This document shows positions 60,832 to 64,000 of a stretch of DNA of 64,000 bases, piece by piece. Source of the stretch: Ophelia neglecta (Eukaryota); contig OZ260663.1 in assembly GCA_965285935.1 (NCBI GenBank), forward strand, positions 3,348,001 to 3,412,000. Direction: 5' to 3'. The translations under genes were made by a program, and so were the position numbers. Numbering within the stretch: the first letter of the stretch is position 1; every line of letters begins with the position of its first letter. The notes below the pieces were generated by a model. That model made no database searches. It was given only the letters and a program-made list of their open reading frames with translations, and was not told the DNA's origin.

Positions 60832-61566
60832 GGAGGGTCACTGGGGTACCATTGGCAAAATGGGGGAAAATTTGGGGAAAAATTGAAACATCATACAGAA
60901 AGTTAAAACCAATACACAAATATTCGCCATTATTCCTTTCATGGGAATCGGCAAGAATTTGAAAATATTTGATTGTGCCGCACCCAAAAACAGACCTGTT
61001 CCCATGGTAACCTATACAAATAGCAAAATTAAAAAAATAAATAAAACGAAATATATCTAGAGTTTTTATGCACATTGCTTTGAAAAAAGTATCCCCATAT
61101 AGGCAACCAACTATTGTGCATCAAATATTATCATGACCTAATCTTGTCAAAGTCAAGGTCAAAGGTCAAAGGTCGCTGACTATCACAATTTCAATATTTT
61201 AACATTTGGGCAATGAATTTTGTTTAATACAGAAAAAATTAGTGCCGTAAGCCTATGAAAATTGTACATCATTTGAAAGATTAATATGTCTACAACAAAG
61301 TAAGAAGAAAAAATCAGACTTGTTGAATCTTTTTTAAGCAATTTCTGATCACTTTAAAACTATGGGGCCTATTTTCCCATATACTCCCATTATAAAACCT
61401 GCACTGAACCCCTATTTTCATGGAATTTTCAACAGGACACAGCAAAAAAACGAGGTCCGCTACCCATGTTTTTCTTTCCACATTTTCAATCTATCAAACA
61501 AGAGCTTCAAAAAAATGAAATAAAATATACATGTTTGACAAAAATTTTTTACCCCAGTGACCCTCC
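60832..61566. mobile_element. Kolobok-type MITE, 735 bp
   Basis: Perfect 17-bp TIR GGAGGGTCACTGGGGTA with TTAA TSD on both sides. Confidence 0.9.
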
Positions 61567-62077
61567 TTAATTTATATTCTGGGCCTACCCGCTAATTCTC
61601 TGGCGTGGTAGTGGAGGTACCATGACTATTAATTTACCATACCCATATGCCCAAGGTACCAGGGTACACGGGCCACGGACCCACAAACACTTGAATCTAT
61701 GGTGGACAGGGGGAAAGCAACAGTATATACACATATATATTCCCCTTGTATACAATATGGTTATCATGTTGTTTTGCCCCCTGTCGAGCACAGATTCAAG
61801 TGCGCGTGATCAGCACTGCTTTCTTTACCTTTTTACAAGCCAGCTTTACACAAATAGTTTGTTTTCTACAGGCATGGCCTGGTTCATGTGGTTCAACCCG
61901 CGTGTTCCAGTATCGCGCGCAAAGTCTCGGCCGACTTCAGATTGTCGTGAAAAAGACAATCTACTTGCCGTGAAAAATTGTAGAACCAGTGACCTGCATC
62001 CCTTATATAGTTTCCATTCAGACATGATAACATTATCCTTAAAATGATGCATGAACGCATGTCATTCCTAAAATATT

Positions 62078-62127
62078 AGCGAGCGCAAGCGAGCGGCCCC
62101 GAAGGGGCCGCTCGCGGAGCGAGCTCT
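62078..62127. other. Perfect GC-rich hairpin within GCGAGC repeats (possible rolling-circle element terminus)
   Basis: GCGAGCGGCCCC-GAA-GGGGCCGCTCGC (62089-62115), flanked by further GCGAGC units. Confidence 0.6.
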
Positions 62128-62974
62128 ATAGATAACGTGTATGCGTAGGGAGAAAGTGCATAAGAAATCTAAACAAACTATGTATAGAGATACCACAGTA
62201 CTCGAACCAACTTGGTTTCCTTGGTCAATATCCGGTAAAGTGGTAGCCACAGTAGTAGTATTTGAACGTAGTCGTGTTTGTAGTAGTACTTTTTGAAGCG
62301 GAATTTGTCAACTTTCAGGTAGTTGCGCAAATTACAATGTAAAAAATCGAAATAAGTCTAAGTGTACACTTAATTCCTCGTAAATAATACTTAATTACAT
62401 AACCTTATTTATTCGGGGAAAAAAAACACCACATCTAAGATTGTGAGAGCGAATTTTTAAATACGAATTTAAATTTGCAACTCCCGTTGTAGTCTCGTCT
62501 GCAATCCCGCAGATCTGAGGCCAGTTCCGTATGGATGGGTGCAAAAAAAAGTCAATCACTAGTAGTTGTTTCGATACCGGTTATCTTGTAATCAGGGTAT
62601 AGTATTGATCTTCATCAGGGTCAAATAAATTGAAAAACCCTAAAGCTCGTGAGCTGTGAGCGGCCTGTTCACTGGAAAACACGTGCAGGCCACAACGAGG
62701 CTACAATTGCGCGTCGTCTGCTTTGTTTACATCTGCTAGTCGGCTGAGCTGAACCCCGGACTGTTTCTGCTGCACAGGTAATGTAGTCTTGCAATTAATC
62801 AATGAACGTAACTCGATCTAGAAATAACTAATTGGTGAAACACCAGAATATTTCAAACCTAATATCTCGTTCCAATTAAATCCATGAAAATATTGGTACA
62901 TTTATTGAAATCTTCGTAGTGTTCAAGACCAGTCAATGTCAAGGCCACAACTGTCAAAACGCCAACTGACAGGC

Positions 62975-64000
62975 CTATCTGTTTTGGTTTGCTTTCTCTG
63001 CGCGTTAAGACTAGCAACGTTTTTCAGCCTAACATGTGCTACAAGTTCTCACACTCAGCAGAAGTTTTTCTTTAATTAATTTCTTTCTTGCAGCGTTATT
63101 CTTGAAGACCTGTTGTGTTTGAACTTTCTATACGTGTCTCTCAGGTAAGTTATCAATGGCAGGCTTCACAGCCGGTCCTACTTTTTATCCTTCCATGGGG
63201 AGAGTGAGTACTTACATTACTTGGGAGTACAATTGGACAACAAGTGAAGTGCTGAAGGGTATCTTTTTCAGGTTTCTCTCCTTTTAAGGAAATATTTTTC
63301 CTAAACCTTGCCATTTTGAAGGATATGCTAAAAGGGGGATTTCTCCTGGCAGGGTATTATGTCTATATTCTTAGGTTTGGGCGACCCAGTTAGTGTCGAG
63401 AATAAGCATGAGCATTTTTCGGCGAACAGGTGCCTTTTTATCTGCACACCATTACCATAATTTCAACTAAATACCCCATCCGGGCTTTTGCCACATGATT
63501 AGATGTGAAATGAATTATTATCATGAACATCATTTTCCAGTTCACTGTGTCAGTAGGACCAGCAGCAGAATTTCCATTTTTCTTCTTATATATCATTTTT
63601 TTTTAAATATAAAGGGTTTGAAAGCTGAAGCATACAATAATCACAATATATATCCTTCACAAAGTTTACAGATGAAGATTGGCATTTTTCTAAAACATGG
63701 CCTAATGAAAAGTGCACTGGAAAATAAAATTTATTAAGTGAAGATTTTATTCCTTCTTGTATCACTTCACTTTTCATTGTATAGTTAGTGGCTGACATTT
63801 TATCTGCAAAATACTTATGAGGAGGATATATTAATAATCCAAGTATATGCTATCCATTCCCTACTAGTTTTTCTTGATTTCTGTGTTGTATTAATTCTGC
63901 ATACCTAGTTGACTTTTCTGCAGGGTTTCCCATGCCTCTGAAAGCTATCTCTTGTCATTCAATGTCATTTTCTTTTATAGCACAAACGTTAATATAATGA
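62975..64000 (+). mobile_element. Inverted, coding-less paralogue of the Helentron flanks (runs off the window)
   Basis: 62975-63753 is the reverse complement of ~17754-18530, and 63752-64000 of ~9310-9631, joined at CC. Roughly 85-93% identical by eye. Confidence 0.9.

Noticed and set aside
62560-62625. Minus-strand CTGATGA...GAAAC resembling a hammerhead ribozyme core
   Set aside because: Stem II is only about 3 bp, and I could not form stems I and III or find a properly placed NUH cleavage site.

Overview
This is an AT-rich eukaryotic window, probably from an invertebrate, made almost entirely of nested mobile DNA; I found no clearly intact host gene. From left to right it contains: (1) a full-length, decayed RTE-X/CR1-group LINE (1595-7205, minus strand, 12-bp TSD) with a 1-kb internal tandem duplication, inserted in a Kolobok-type MITE; (2) a decayed Helentron/Helitron2-type rolling-circle element (~9.1-18.5 kb, minus) with OTU, Rep, PIF1 helicase and a separate SGNH-hydrolase module, plus an inverted, internally deleted relative at 63-64 kb; (3) an intron-rich minus-strand pseudogene (~45.8 kb down to ~21 kb) that the ORF track largely misses and that splices into a Ginger2-type DD35E integrase followed by a USP-like cysteine-protease domain; it is interrupted by a CACTA-type element carrying BEN-domain exons and by a full-length L1/Tx1 LINE, which itself contains an intact, very young BEL/Pao LTR retrotransposon; (4) an ISL2EU-type transposon (THAP-DDE plus SWIM-YqaJ); and (5) a divergently oriented, spliced USP17/36/42-like deubiquitinase pseudogene (53.5-55.6 kb and beyond). 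Many MITEs and SINE remnants are scattered throughout. The most notable candidate is the integrase-USP fusion lying head-to-head with a second USP gene, possibly one large deubiquitinase-carrying DNA transposon. All exon structures were derived by hand and no database searches were run.
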